A DNA stretch of 59,241 bases, filler included, from Sphacelaria rigidula (Eukaryota): the NCBI GenBank assembly GCA_964200075.2. It is 5 parts of 5 records of this genome, joined end to end, with 100 filler letters (N's around TTAATTAATTAA, not from the genome) between each part and the next. Parts side by side here need not be neighbours in the genome. Positions count along the whole stretch, not along the records: positions 23,741 to 35,508 come from CAXNAA020004527.1; positions 35,609 to 47,375 come from CAXNAA020004528.1; 3 more parts are not named here. One strand, written 5' to 3'. The notes below the pieces were generated by a model. That model saw nothing but the letters and a program-made list of their open reading frames with translations. It was not told the DNA's origin and did not search any database. The stretch's first letter is position 1; each line of letters starts with the position of its first letter. Both the position numbers and the translations under genes were made by a program. Shown one piece after another: positions 26,239 to 38,469 of this stretch.

Positions 26239-27882
26239 CACCCTGGACAATACAATATGTTTCCAATATATTTCAGTCGATCATATTGGAATTTTGCGAT
26301 ATATTGCCGGTGTAATATATATATTGGTACCCTTAGACTGCACATGTATTGCGCGCCCAATATATATATATTGATGTCGTGGGACTGCATACATATTGCC
26401 CGCCCAAAATATATTGGTACTATTGGGTTGAACACATAGTGTCCCATCAATATATACTTGGGCAGCGTGGGCGACAACATATTGCACGACCAATATATAT
26501 TATGGTCGCATTGATGAGAACGTTTGATCGGTCAATATATATTGGATCTGCGTGGGTGACAATGTATTGGCCAGTCAATATATGTCAGATATTATGAGTA
26601 TCGTGTACGCTCGTGGAGAGATCCAGACGCGATGGATGCCGGAGCCCGTGCAGATTGGGAAAAGCTTTAAAGGGAGCCGCAGAAGTTCGCGTGCATTACT
26701 GCGGAAAGTTGTCGAATGCGTTTGGTATATATATATATATATGCTGGTGAGAAGATATGGTGACAGAAGAGGCGACCCGGTATATATGCCTCCTGATACC
26801 TATCTGGTCACCGGTGCGGGGCCGCCCATCCCCTTTCCAGCATGTGATATAAATATCTTGGCTAAACATCACCACGACAGATAACGCGGGTCGATATGCG
26901 CCTTTTGGTACTCCTGTGGTCACCGGGGCTGTGTTGATTATACCCTGGACAATATAATATGTTCCAATATGATACCAATACTTTGTATTGGAGTCAGCGC
27001 GGAAATTGTCATTTTAATATATATTGTGTTGAGATGTCCTCGGAGATATTGAAGCAACAACATATATTGCTCGTGTTATGGTCATGAAGTAATGTGTGTC
27101 AACATGTATTGGACATGCAGTTGCTCCGAGAATGAAACATTCAATATATATTGTGCATGCCGGCCGTGTATGTATTGAAGTGTCAATATATATTAGTCGA
27201 AGCGATGCGTAGCATATTGTTACCATAATATATATTGAACGTAAACCATGCAGAAGTATTGTTTTTCCAATATATATTGCACACGCTGATCGGGTAGCTA
27301 TTGTGCAGCCAATATATATTGAACACGCTTGCGGAGGAATACATTGAGCATTTTCGGCATGTAAAATACGTCTTTGAATGGCGCCCGCGAACAAAGAACT
27401 GCTCACAATACTAATTTCAATACACTTTCCAATCTATATGTTGAAAATCAGTATATCTTGCTACATCAACATGTATTGTGACCGTCGGTTCCCTCGTGTA
27501 TTGTCCACCCAATGTATATTGGACTCATTGACGCACGACATATTAGGGCGGCAATATATATTGGCGCTTCGGGTGTTGAGTATATTGAATCATCAATATA
27601 TATATTGACCTCGGGTGGCAGCAAATATATTACTCGATGAATATATATTGGTGCCTTCTCGCACCAACATATTACTCGGCCAATATATATTGAGGTGGCG
27701 CGTGTCGTGATATATTGTTCGGTCGATATATATTGCATGTCGCGAGCCTTGATATATTGATGGCACAATATATATTGACCCTCTCTCGTGTCATCATATT
27801 GCTCGCCCAATATATATTGACCACCCGACGCCTCGATCTATTGAGCGGGCAATATATATTACATATTGTATTGTCCAGGGTG
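26239..27882. mobile_element. CACTA/EnSpm-like non-autonomous element with palindromic CAATATATATTG subterminal arrays
   Basis: TIR CACCCTGGACAATACAATATGT / ACATATTGTATTGTCCAGGGTG; dozens of CAATATATATTG-type motifs; a second left end at 26941. Confidence 0.75.
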
Positions 27883-27970
27883 TGGAATATTCCCGTGCAC
27901 CCGGGTGTGTGTATGATTTTTTCGATGCCAACATTTTGTATACTATACATGTGCGCCGAGGTAACGTTCA

Positions 27971-29523
27971 CACATGTCGGACGAGCACGAGTGTGACTCG
28001 TGGCACTCGCACTCGTTGGGATGCTCGTTGGCCGTAAAACTTCATAGGGCGAGCACTCGAGTCATTGCTCGTCGTGGAAAGAATTCATACGGCGAGCACT
28101 CGAGTCATTGCTTGTTGTGGAAAAAGAATGATACGGCGAGCACTCGAGCCATTGCTCGTTGTGGAAAAAAAATGATACGGCGAGCACTCAAGTTATTGCT
28201 CGTTGTGGAAAAAATCAACCCCTTCGGGACCGGGCCTTCAGAACGACCAATGAGGCTGTTTAGGAATGACGCGTCTGGCGTCCGCACGAAACAGTGGCAT
28301 GTTGCTAAAAATCCGCGTATGTGATCGCAGGGTTATAAGGCAGACCGAAAGTTTAATCCAACCTGTTTTCAGGTGCAGGGTGCGCATTAGGTAATATACA
28401 TCTGATGTACTGTAGCAAGCAGTATGTGTCGCCGTAGAGAGCTTTCAACAGGATGCGGCGACCGGCGGGCCGCCCGCCACTTGTGCCTTTGGATGATATC
28501 ATTGTCCCCATGACCTTGTCACACAGCCCTCTGTGGTCGGGGTGGACCGTCATTTTCCTCTTTGTTGCATGCGACAAATTCTCTTCGAGGGTTATGGGCG
28601 TTGCGGCGCACATACATACAGTACATAACAGTGCAGTACGCCTATCCGACTGCAGCAGCAGCTGCCGCTGCATACTCCCTTGCACGTTCTGGGCAGTTCT
28701 CAGCGACGGAGATCAGCTGCCAGTACACAGCTTGTTCTTTCCCGCCCACTACATACATGTTCACAGTGTTCTGCAAGTCATCGGCACAGGGATAACCAGA
28801 AATTCATGACGATATCTCCTTATGTCTTTCCACGACCCAGCTGGGTTTAGTGCCTCGTGAAAATGACCACATTGCGGCATGTACTTCCCTTCACGGTTTT
28901 TCCTACTCCACCCTATGTTAGTGTAATTACTATGTTTTAGTATCGGCTGGTGACCCCAAAAAACTCCTGGGACATACCGGGAACGCAATACTGAATGCAA
29001 GGAATACAATAAGCTATGGTCCGAGCATCCTAGCTTTGGAAACCTAGGAAGGCTTACATGGGCCACGGATAGGGCCCCCACACGATCTTCGCAGTGACAT
29101 ACATCACACTCGGCAGCAGTCCCCGCGCTGGCCATTCGGGTCTGGCCGATAAATTTCGCCTCGCCGTGATTGGGCAGGTCGTTACCTGACTTCTTTTTTA
29201 TTATTTTACTAACACATGGTCAACTCCGTGTTAGTGGGGGGTCGGTCCCAAAAGGGTTGATAGGGCGAGCACTCGAGTCATTGCTCGTTGTGGAAAAAAA
29301 TAATAGGGCGAGCACTCGAGTCATTGCTTGTTGTGTAGGAAATGAATAGTGCGGGCAATCGAGTCATTGCTCGTTGTTGAAAAAAGTGATGACTCAAGCA
29401 CACGAGTCACTGCTCGTTGTAAAATAAAGTAATGACCCCAGCACACGAGTCATGCTCGTTGTGTTTTCGAAAAACATCCATGAGTGCACTCGTTTCGACG
29501 AGTGATGACTCGTCCGACGTGTG
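27971..29523. mobile_element. Non-autonomous element with CACA(C/T)GTCGGAC TIR and internal ~45-bp GAGCACTCGAGTCATTGCTCGTTGTGG repeats
   Basis: The TIR shares its first 12 nt with 21101-21357. Flanks AACGTTCA / AACGTTTT (decayed 8-bp TSD). The repeat array is interrupted by 28219-29256. Confidence 0.82.
28219..29256. mobile_element. Non-autonomous TIR element with piggyBac-like termini, copy 2 (nested)
   Basis: CCCCTTCGGGACCG ... CGGTCCCAAAAGGG. It splits one unit of the host repeat array. Confidence 0.82.
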
Positions 29524-29600
29524 AACGTTTTCGCGAACTGGTCCGACAATACTTTAACATGGAAAAATTTGTTATCGTCATACCCTAGACGTATCGTTTA

Positions 29601-29660
29601 CCCTGATCCTGACCTGACCCTGACCCTGACCTGACCCTGACCCTGACCCTGATCCTGACT
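29601..29660. repeat. Degenerate (CCCTGA)n telomere-like microsatellite
   Basis: CCCTGATCCTGACCTGACCCTGACCCTGACC... Confidence 0.8.
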
Positions 29661-30325
29661 CAAGACATACCGTGAAATCTTGAGAAAGAAAGATGGATAG
29701 GATGCCCTCGGTAAAATTTGAGTTGACAGACCATATGCGGCGCCGATTCTCGCCAACACGCATGTGGGAAAGTTGTGTGGCCACCCAGGAATGTCAGCCC
29801 GCAAAAGATCTGGGGGTGTCAGTTCACACCGTACCGACCACCCAAGTGTTTATCCAACCATGGGTTCTGTGGATCAGTTCGCGGAAATTTCTCGACTGTG
29901 TACAAGAGTCACTAGTAGTGTGGTGGACTACGTATTGTAGATGACGGTGTATACCACCTCCGCGTGATGAGTGTTCGGGACGCGACAACTGATCATCCGG
30001 GTGGTATTTAGGGAAAGGAGATCTACTACGAACTCCATGTGATAACGTGATCACCTGGTTACACGCCATTTGGGTAAATAGACATGCTAAGCACTGCGGG
30101 CTGTCAAGAACTCCATGTACCGCATGAGGATGTGGAAACGTGGGGGATTCTACGATATTGGGGTGGTGAGGCCGCTTCTTGTGACCCGGAAAAGAATGTC
30201 TGGTAAACGTTCGGGGGGGGGTTCTAGATGATTATTTTGAAATTGTTCATTGTTTTTCTCCGAGACCGAGAGTTCTTCCCAAAATTCCTGTCCCTCTCCC
30301 TGAGAAAAGTATACTGTTTTCGAAG

Positions 30326-32602
30326 AGAACCAAACTTCGTCTGAAATCGGATTTATCAAGAACGCCTCTTGCCAAGCACGGTACATCACACTGTGTAGAT
30401 CTGCTCTATCTGGATCTCACCTGAACTCCGTGTATCGTCACAGTCCGGATTGTGTCGACGACCAACACTCCGTCGTGAAGATGGGGGCGGCTGCATGTTT
30501 TTGAGCGCATTCCCGTTAAAGCGCTTGTTATCCGCGGTACCACTTTGCCCCACTGCTTTCCCCCGTGTTCCCAACCCGACCAGCTGGGCTGTACATGGAT
30601 GGACTGACGCAGACTTGCGCGGCTCTGCGACGACGCATCGCCGAGTTAGAATCCGACAACAGCCTGATGCGTATGAGCTACAAGGCATCTAGTGCGATCT
30701 CTGCCGACGATCCAGGGTATTGTGCCGTACCTAATACTGCTATGGCCCACGGCCCTTTAGTACCGTCAACGTTACCTGCTAGCTCTACTGCCCGCCATCG
30801 AAAGCAAAGCTGGACCAGGAATTCCACGTCGGCGCGGGGAGAACGCTTTGGTACTGACGGCGCGGACAGGGGTCACGGTACTAATCGGAGTAGCGTGCTG
30901 CCGACTGTAAGAGGAGAAACACCATGGAGTGATTTGAGAGGTAAGTTGGAGTGCGCCAATGATGATGGAACCGAAGGCGATGACGACGACGATGATGACG
31001 ACGATGATGAGAATAATCTCGATCATGAACTGTTGGGCTCGGGCAGGCTGCGTGCAGCGGCGATGGCACACCGGGTACAATCAGGTGCGCACGACAACAA
31101 GCAGAAGCGACAGCAACGTCCGAAAAACGGTAGCGGCCCTATTTCACGGAGAGGTGGCTCAGTGTTGCCATGTTCCGGCTCATTGGAAAGTGACAGTAGC
31201 GTGTCGCTCTTTTCCCCGTCAGCGGTCGGCTCGGTTGTCATGGAAAGGGACGTAGTTGCAGGGAGCAGAGGAGGTAACGGTGGCCGTGGAAGTGACAGTT
31301 TTGGTGATATGGAGAGCGGAGAGATGGGAAGTGAGAACGTGGGCAACTGGGTGGCGAGCGGTGCCGAGACTAGGAGGGGTAGTTTACTGTCGCCAAAAGG
31401 GGGGAGTTCTCGGTGCAGCTTTTCTACTAGGTTCGACGACCCGGGGCTTACGAGGTACGAACACGTTTAACTGTTCACAGCGCTCTGTTGTGGTTGACTG
31501 TGTCTACCATTGTGCTTTATTTCGTCGGTACTGGTTTTGCGGTACCAAATCCAGCATATCGCTCCACTCTACCATTACAAGGATACGAGGTCAAAGGTCG
31601 ACTGTCTTCTGTACAGCGTGCATTCTCGTGATAATATCCCCCTTCCTCCATCGACCCGCGAGGATGTCTCTCGAGAAGGTGTGGTCAATGACCTGTACGT
31701 TGATGCATCCCGCACCGAAGTGTTGTATGCCCCTTACCCGGCCCCCGATCCGTCTTTTTTTTGCAGGCGCCTTTCTGCCGTGCCTAACCGCACACGCTAC
31801 TCGGTGGGGGTATCGCGGTATTCGTTGCCTCCAAACATGCCACCGAACGCATCTCCCACCAAGTCGGAGCAGGGCGATGTCGCCAAATCCGAATTTCTGT
31901 GGCAGCATCGAGTTGGAGATGTGTGGGAGGGGCTGAAACTCAAGTTTCCCCTTACACGAGACGAGAAAAAATTGGTGGGTCCCGCGTTTCGATGTGATTA
32001 TTTCGTTCGTATTTTGAACAAATATCACCATCACCAGTGTGCGTGACTTTTGCGACGAAGATCGTGAAAAATGCAAGGCAGTCTTGGACTGTTGTTCATC
32101 CACTTAACACCAGCCGGCCCTTCCACTTTGTGTCCCTTCCATTCTCCCGGCTTCATTCCCCGTGTCCCATGAAGCTACCAACCACGGGGACGTTTTCCAC
32201 GGAATCCAGCTGTATGGCACCCGTCTCCCTGCCTCAACTCTCTCCCTCCCCATAATGTATCTAATCTCCCTCATCCCACCTCACCAACACCCATGATTCT
32301 CCAAAACAAATCCCTCCATTATGCGGTCTATCCTGTGTCTTGTCACCATCGGACAGACCTTCATGGAATTCGCCGTTGTGTCTGTTGGAGAAACGATACT
32401 CTCTGGCGCTCGGCCGCTTCGAAACTGGGGGCAAGACGCAGAAGTAATATCGCGGTTTCCGCGGTCTTGCAGAGATGCGGATGGGGGAGGCGGGGATGCT
32501 AATGGGGGCGGGAACGGTGGCGAGGAAGACGGCTTCGTGGAAGGGTTGGCAGACTTCTGCTTTCCATCTGGAGCACAGATGTACCTAGTCGAGGGAGGAA
32601 TT
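30326..32602 (+). CDS. Partial multi-exon gene with a coiled-coil/low-complexity region followed by a uDENN domain (probable Rab GEF)
   Basis: In-phase exons 30326-30380 (tentative), 30584-31454, 31617-31974 and 32357-32602. LTFMEFAVVSVG...AEVISRFP...GLADFCFPSG is the uDENN signature. Possible further exons near 34539-34611 and 35062-35258. Confidence 0.75.
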
Positions 32603-32758
32603 GTGAGTACGTATTTAGGCCTCTACCTGGTAAACCCATTCAAATCCGTGAGATATGACACTGCACGGTGTTTGTCATATCACACACAATGTTGACATGT
32701 GACACAAATGAAATATAATATTCTAACGGAGGATGGGATGGGATGGGATGGATTTTTC

Positions 32759-32963
32759 CAAGGGCAAGTCGGGTAGAGTATGCTCAATTGCGGGGTATTT
32801 TGAAAGGTGTACTCGAGGTATTCAAATTAGGATAAAGTGTTAAGAGTCGCAGCCAAAAAATAACTGGAAAGCGATCCCTAAAACCCTGCCCCCAATTTGT
32901 GTACCTTGAGTACGACTCAAAAAATACCCCGCAATTGAGTATACTTTTCTCGACCTGCTCTTG
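32759..32963. mobile_element. ~205-bp MITE (hAT-like) within an ATATGAC-repeat-rich older element
   Basis: CAAGGGCAAGTCGGGTAGAGTATGCTCAATTGCGGGGTATTTT ... AAAATACCCCGCAATTGAGTATACTTTTCTCGACCTGCTCTTG; flanks GATTTTTC / GAGTTTTT. Confidence 0.8.
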
Positions 32964-35608
32964 GAGTTTTTTTTTTTTGGACAAGTGGAAGGTAATATGG
33001 CAAGATCCAGGAGGTGCATGGCGCAAACGTGATCTTATCACCACATGATTGCTAATTTTCCAGATATGACACGAATATGACAAGACACATGGGATGTATG
33101 ACGCAAGTACCGCAACGCAAAAATTAAATGAACCCAACAGCAAATATGACCTGGTCAATACATAAAATGCGAATATGTGCTGTAACAGCAGAACTGCCAA
33201 CATTTGAGCTTTTCAACACTCGAGAAGCTGATTTTATCGCCCATGACTTGCTGGTAGCTATCGACTTTTTGATGACAAAAATATGGCAGTTTTGCGCTAT
33301 AGTTAACAGTTGCATATTCCATCGTATCAATATCTGAAAGTCTTGTATATATGACAAAAATACGAATGTCTGGAAATATAACACTTGTCCATAGTGGTCC
33401 TACCGGGTAAAAGGCTAAAGTTCGTCATCATCCAACAAATGGAAGTGCTTTTCATGACAAGAATATGACAGTTTTGGGCAATGTATGACAGTTTCAAATC
33501 GTCATACGAATCTCCAAAAGTGTCTCATAGATGACTAAAAAAGGGGGGATGTAACAAAACAAGACATTTCGTTACATGGCCCTGCAGGGTGAAGGTTCAA
33601 TCGTATTGGAAGGGAGGATTATTGATTGAACCGCGGCCTCTGTCACACGGACAGTAAGCAACTCTCCAGCCTCTCTACAGTCTCCCGCCATGGAAGTACA
33701 CACCACCGGGATATCTCAACCTTGACCGAAGCTGACCATACCCCTCCGTTCAGTTTTCATGCAGCGTCAAGGATATGAGCCAAGACCTTGGGTAGGTTCA
33801 CAGTGTCCACCAAATGAACCCGTAGCAAAGCAGGTACATATTTAGAGGCATTATGAAATTGATCGCATATTGTTCACAGAGAGGACTATGGTAGCACACA
33901 CCGGTACTGGAGTAACAACCCATCAAAAGTAAATTCCGGCAGCCCCCAACTGAAACAGAACGGGAAGCGTGTAGACGTTGATGAGTACGATGCTTGCAAG
34001 GCTCACCACGCGCTAAACTTCTACCATCATATTGCGATGAATCGTTACCGGCTCTTCCTTCAAGATACGGCCCCTGGTGCAGATCCTATACGTGCACCTT
34101 CACGCCAGAAGAGGATATTGGGTCTGGGACCGTTCACCAATTTGGGAATCAATCATGCTAACATGAACTCCATTTTCTAGTGTTACGGGTGTATATTAAT
34201 AGAGAAAAAATGAGGCATTGTCCAATTTTTCCCAAGTTTCGAAGGTCATCCAACAAAGTTGGGGCATGGAATGACCACGAGTAAACATGGAACCGATCTA
34301 GGGAAACAAAATATCCGAAACGTGAAATAAATATCAACGTTTTCATTCCAAGAGACACGTTCTTTGCCGTGTGGCGTCTACGACCGGTTTCCCGTCCCCC
34401 CCCGATGATGGAGACGCCGTGCAATAAATCAGTATGGAAAATGACCGCACAAGAAATAATCGTGATACGCGAACGCAAGTTGTATTTTACATATGTCGAG
34501 TTAGTTATGATATAGTTGGATCTTCCATCAAAATGCAGGACGTTAGTCTGCTTCTTGCCTGGTTTTCAGGCTCACACGACGAAATAAACCCCCTACTAAC
34601 GAAAGAGACAAGGTGGATGCGTTTTTTTAAATCTGCGGTGAAATACATTGCTCCGGCGTCGACTCATGTTTGCTAGGTCGCCACTTTAACGCCCGTAGCA
34701 CGTGTTGAATAACGTTTCAGACGTCTTCTTCAACCGATATTGATACCCATTCGAAAAACATTGCGAGAAAACTAACTGTGGGGACAAGCTGGATGCTTAC
34801 ACAGAATCTACCGTATACAGTATCCCTCTGGCGTCCCAGGTGTGTTCACTTGGTTTCCGATTCACTTACTGCCTGTGGCAGGTTTTGAACGGTGTGCACA
34901 TTTTTGTGGGGAAAACTGTAGTGACTCAGTAACTCTTCACGTCTTTTCTCCCAGATATCGATGGTGCGTATGAACCCGACGGATGAGAGCGGGGCACAGT
35001 CATAGCCCGCAGCTCTAACTCAAGAAGCAGTTTTTCTCGAGTTGTTTCCCATTACCTTGCAGTTCAGCATCAGGGCCCTTCGTAACGAAGGGGATAATCC
35101 CCTTTTTCACAATCCCCGTTTGTCAGGGGATTGGCCCCATAACGACCAGTCCCGAGTCCTATCGACACGCAGCTTTGTACAAATTGGAACCCAGAGCTGC
35201 ACGCACGTTGACGAATGCGGCGGGTCTGGAAGTGGTCGTTAGTCCAAGCAGGCCCAAGGTTTGTGTAATGCTGCAGACACGACACAACAAGGCAACACAA
35301 CACCTACACACCAAGCCCCGAAAAAACACGCACATACGCCCACCACTCACGCGCATTAGTATCACTGCTAGGCCTTGCTAATCCACACACGCCGGTCTTT
35401 GACAGCAATCCGTCCTGTATTGGACGAATGGCGGCCGCATGCGTGTCAAAAACAACCGAAAACGTGTCGTTGCTGACCGTTTTGTAAGCGTGTGCTGCAC
35501 GCGCGTCTNNNNNNNNNNNNNNNNNNNNNNNNNNNNNNNNNNNNNNNNNNNNTTAATTAATTAANNNNNNNNNNNNNNNNNNNNNNNNNNNNNNNNNNNN
35601 NNNNNNNN

Positions 35609-35703
35609 GAAATACACTATTGTTACCTCCGTTCCCCGTACCGACAAGACCGGTCATGGCCTTCGTCGGAGGACGGGGAACGGAGGTAACAATAGTGTAT
35701 TTC
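35609..35703. repeat. 95-nt hairpin with a 31-bp perfect stem
   Basis: GAAATACACTATTGTTACCTCCGTTCCCCGT ... ACGGGGAACGGAGGTAACAATAGTGTATTTC, with further imperfect inner pairing. Confidence 0.9.
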
Positions 35704-35961
35704 GTGGCCCGTGGCGAAGAATAGATAGGTTTATCTTTTGTATTGTTCGAGAGTGCCTAGACTGAGTCGACCCTGTGACTGAGGGATGAGATGTTGAGTG
35801 GGTTCAGCAGGCAGCGTCGTAGCTGCCGTGAGCGGGGTGCTGTAGGCACACACACTCGACTACCAGTACCCGCACGTCCGCATTAATCTATCCGCACGTG
35901 TGCATGTTCACTCAGTGTACCTGTTCACGTGAACATACCATGATCATTGCATTCACACCCA

Positions 35962-36312
35962 GTCACCCCGATGGCTCAGTTGGTAACCTCGAATCCTTCT
36001 GACGGTTGGGTGGTGGTTTCAAATCTCAGAGCGATCTGGGACTTTATCACACCATGCCCAACAGTGGAGAACGATTCTGTCGCGGGTACACCAAGTTCGA
36101 CTTAACGGTCGACGAGGGAAAGGGACTGCTGAATCCCTCTCGCGATAAAAAATAAAGGCGAGCACCGCAGAAGGAAGGTGGGGTATTCAAAACAAAGAAA
36201 AAAGAAAAAGCTCCTGTATTGACCTTCCTCCTGTGTGAACGTAAGGTGTAGACTGGCGTCCACAATAATAGATGGGACGACAACACACACACAGACACAC
36301 ACAACACACACA
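35962..36312 (+). mobile_element. tRNA-derived SINE with (CA)n tail
   Basis: A box TGGCTCAGTTGG, B-box-like GTTTCAAATC, body colinear with 15614-15966, ends ACAACACACACACAGACACAC. Confidence 0.85.
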
Positions 36313-37199
36313 TGGGATCATACCATGATTATGATTACATCTTATGAGATCATGTTCCGTGTTTTGTAGCTCAAGTACCTATCAGTAGTCCGGGAAAGTT
36401 CGGCAAGGCGTGAGATAATGTTGCTACTTTGGCTACAGGCTGTCACGACCTTGCGCTCGTGTACGTATATGTGTGTGAGCGTGGCCGGCATCTGAGGTCA
36501 TCGGGATAGAGCGGGCAAGGAGCAGAAGCAAACATACGAACCCCGCAAAGCCCACTAGACTTTTCAGTTTTTGTCTGTGTTTATTGAGCAATTTCTTTCA
36601 ACAGTAATGAAAACAAAAAATGACAAACAAGTTTCCAAAAATTGCCCTCAGGAGGGGGGGGGGGTGCTCCGTGTTTGATAATCTTCTCCCCGTAGCCCCC
36701 TGAGGTAACCTATATATTTTCGTGTTTCACGATGGCATGCGAGGTCGGGTACAGCGTGATGACGGCGAACTTCAACAGGTTCGATTCCACATCTACCCGG
36801 CACTCAGTCAGGAATACGTTCCGTTCCCGATATTGATCAACATCTTCGGCGCAGCTTTGGTCAACATGATCTCATAGCGATTCACGGCAGACCGAACCAT
36901 CGTCTCCAGACTCGGTATCTCCAAATAATCAGCCAAAAGGTGGGGATGAGGGACCCCTGAAAGATACACCGCTGAAGAAGGTACGGCCCGCGGTGTGGGG
37001 AATGATGAGTAATGCCGGCGTAAAATAGTCTCGAAGTCCCTGGACGGGCTTGCTAGCATGATGATGGTGGTGGCCTACCAGGAGTTCGGAATAACGGTAT
37101 TACAGGGCAAGACAGAGTACATGCGCCACTGTACTGCATATCAACGCCGCAGGACAACAATATAACAAGCAGACGGCTGAGTGTATCAGCCTTGGTTGT

Positions 37200-37815
37200 G
37201 CTGTGAGTGCGGATGCAAAATATTTCCATCGAAATCAACCGCCGCATGAGCGCTGTGTGGGCACGCCTACGAAAGCATAGTAGCTCCCAACTCGACGATC
37301 GGCCCAACTCCCAGCTACCTCTGAAGATCCGGCTGCCTAAAGTGGAGGCAGTGGAAACTATACTACACGGAGGTGCTACATGGACGCCGCGGCTCGAGGA
37401 CTTCAAAAATCTGTGCGCTGCCCACCGCTAGCTTGTGTTGGGATTGATCGGATTCTGCGGTAAGGAGCAAACTGGTTACAGGACTGTTTAATGCAGATAT
37501 GTGCTCGAGATGATCAACTGCAAACATATCGAAACGATCATCCGCATGTACCAACTCTGGTTCGCGGAGGGTTTGTCAGGCAGGACGAAGCATGCCCTCC
37601 GGACCGCATCATGCACGGACGGTTACTACAGACGCACAAGGGCTCAAGGAGGTTGGCCGGCCCTCCAAATACTGGAGGGACCACCTTCAGCAGAATCTAC
37701 GTGCACTAGGGGCTCTTCCACGCAAAGGAGCACGACAAAATTGGTTCGTCTGCGGGGTTGAGCTCAAAGACGCACACGATTGGATCACTGCGGTAAAGAA
37801 CATGGGTAAATGGCA
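37200..37815 (+). mobile_element. Degenerate 3' end of an RTE-like LINE ORF
   Basis: IEINRRMSAVWARLRK...LKIRL.KVEAVETILHGGATWT...IETIIR..QLWFA...GRPSKYWRDHL matches the post-RT region of RTE elements; stops and frameshifts. Confidence 0.8.
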
Positions 37816-38469
37816 CTTTCCCTCTTTCTCTCGCTCTCTCCTGCTGTTTCACTCCTTTTAGTGATAAAAAGTAGCAGTTCGGTACCTTCCTTCCTGTAAG
37901 GCTCACGGATGAAAGACGGACCCCTCGCATTTTTCCATGTCGGACTGATAAAGCTCAAGTTTATGGTCTACACTTCGCAGTACCGCCCAACGCTGAACCC
38001 CCAGAGCCACTTCATACGCTGGTCAAAACGGTCTTGAATGGAAGCTATCAATAGGCTCAAGAGTTGCACCGTGAATCATAGACACTGCGTAGTCCACCAC
38101 ACTCGCTGAAAGAACGGTAGACAAAAGTTGCTGTTTTGCTTGGAAATTCTGATTCCAGACCAGACTTCAACTGAAGGATGGTGGTCTATTTTGCTTCCTG
38201 GAAACCTTGCCGTCAACTTGAGAACCCCACACCTTAGATATCAACAGCTGAATTGTGACTATAGGTCATCGTACTGTCTGCTAGAAAAGAGACAATCGAA
38301 TCTTGACAACAACGAAAAACATCAATCCCTGTGTGCCCGTCCATAATAAATGATTACACAAGCAAAATACGGACACCAGACCAACCGCGCCAAATGTGCT
38401 CGTGTGTAACTAGTCACAGAATTGGAGAAGGACATATTTCGTTACACAAATAAGGTGACGAGCTTTCGG

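Noticed and set aside
29601-29660. True telomere or chromosome fusion scar
   Set aside because: Short, degenerate, internal, and of the variant CCCTGA type next to transposon debris.
19651-32602. Joining contig-2 orphan exons to the DENN gene, or an RPB7-DENN fusion
   Set aside because: They are separated by an artificial spacer between unlinked contigs.
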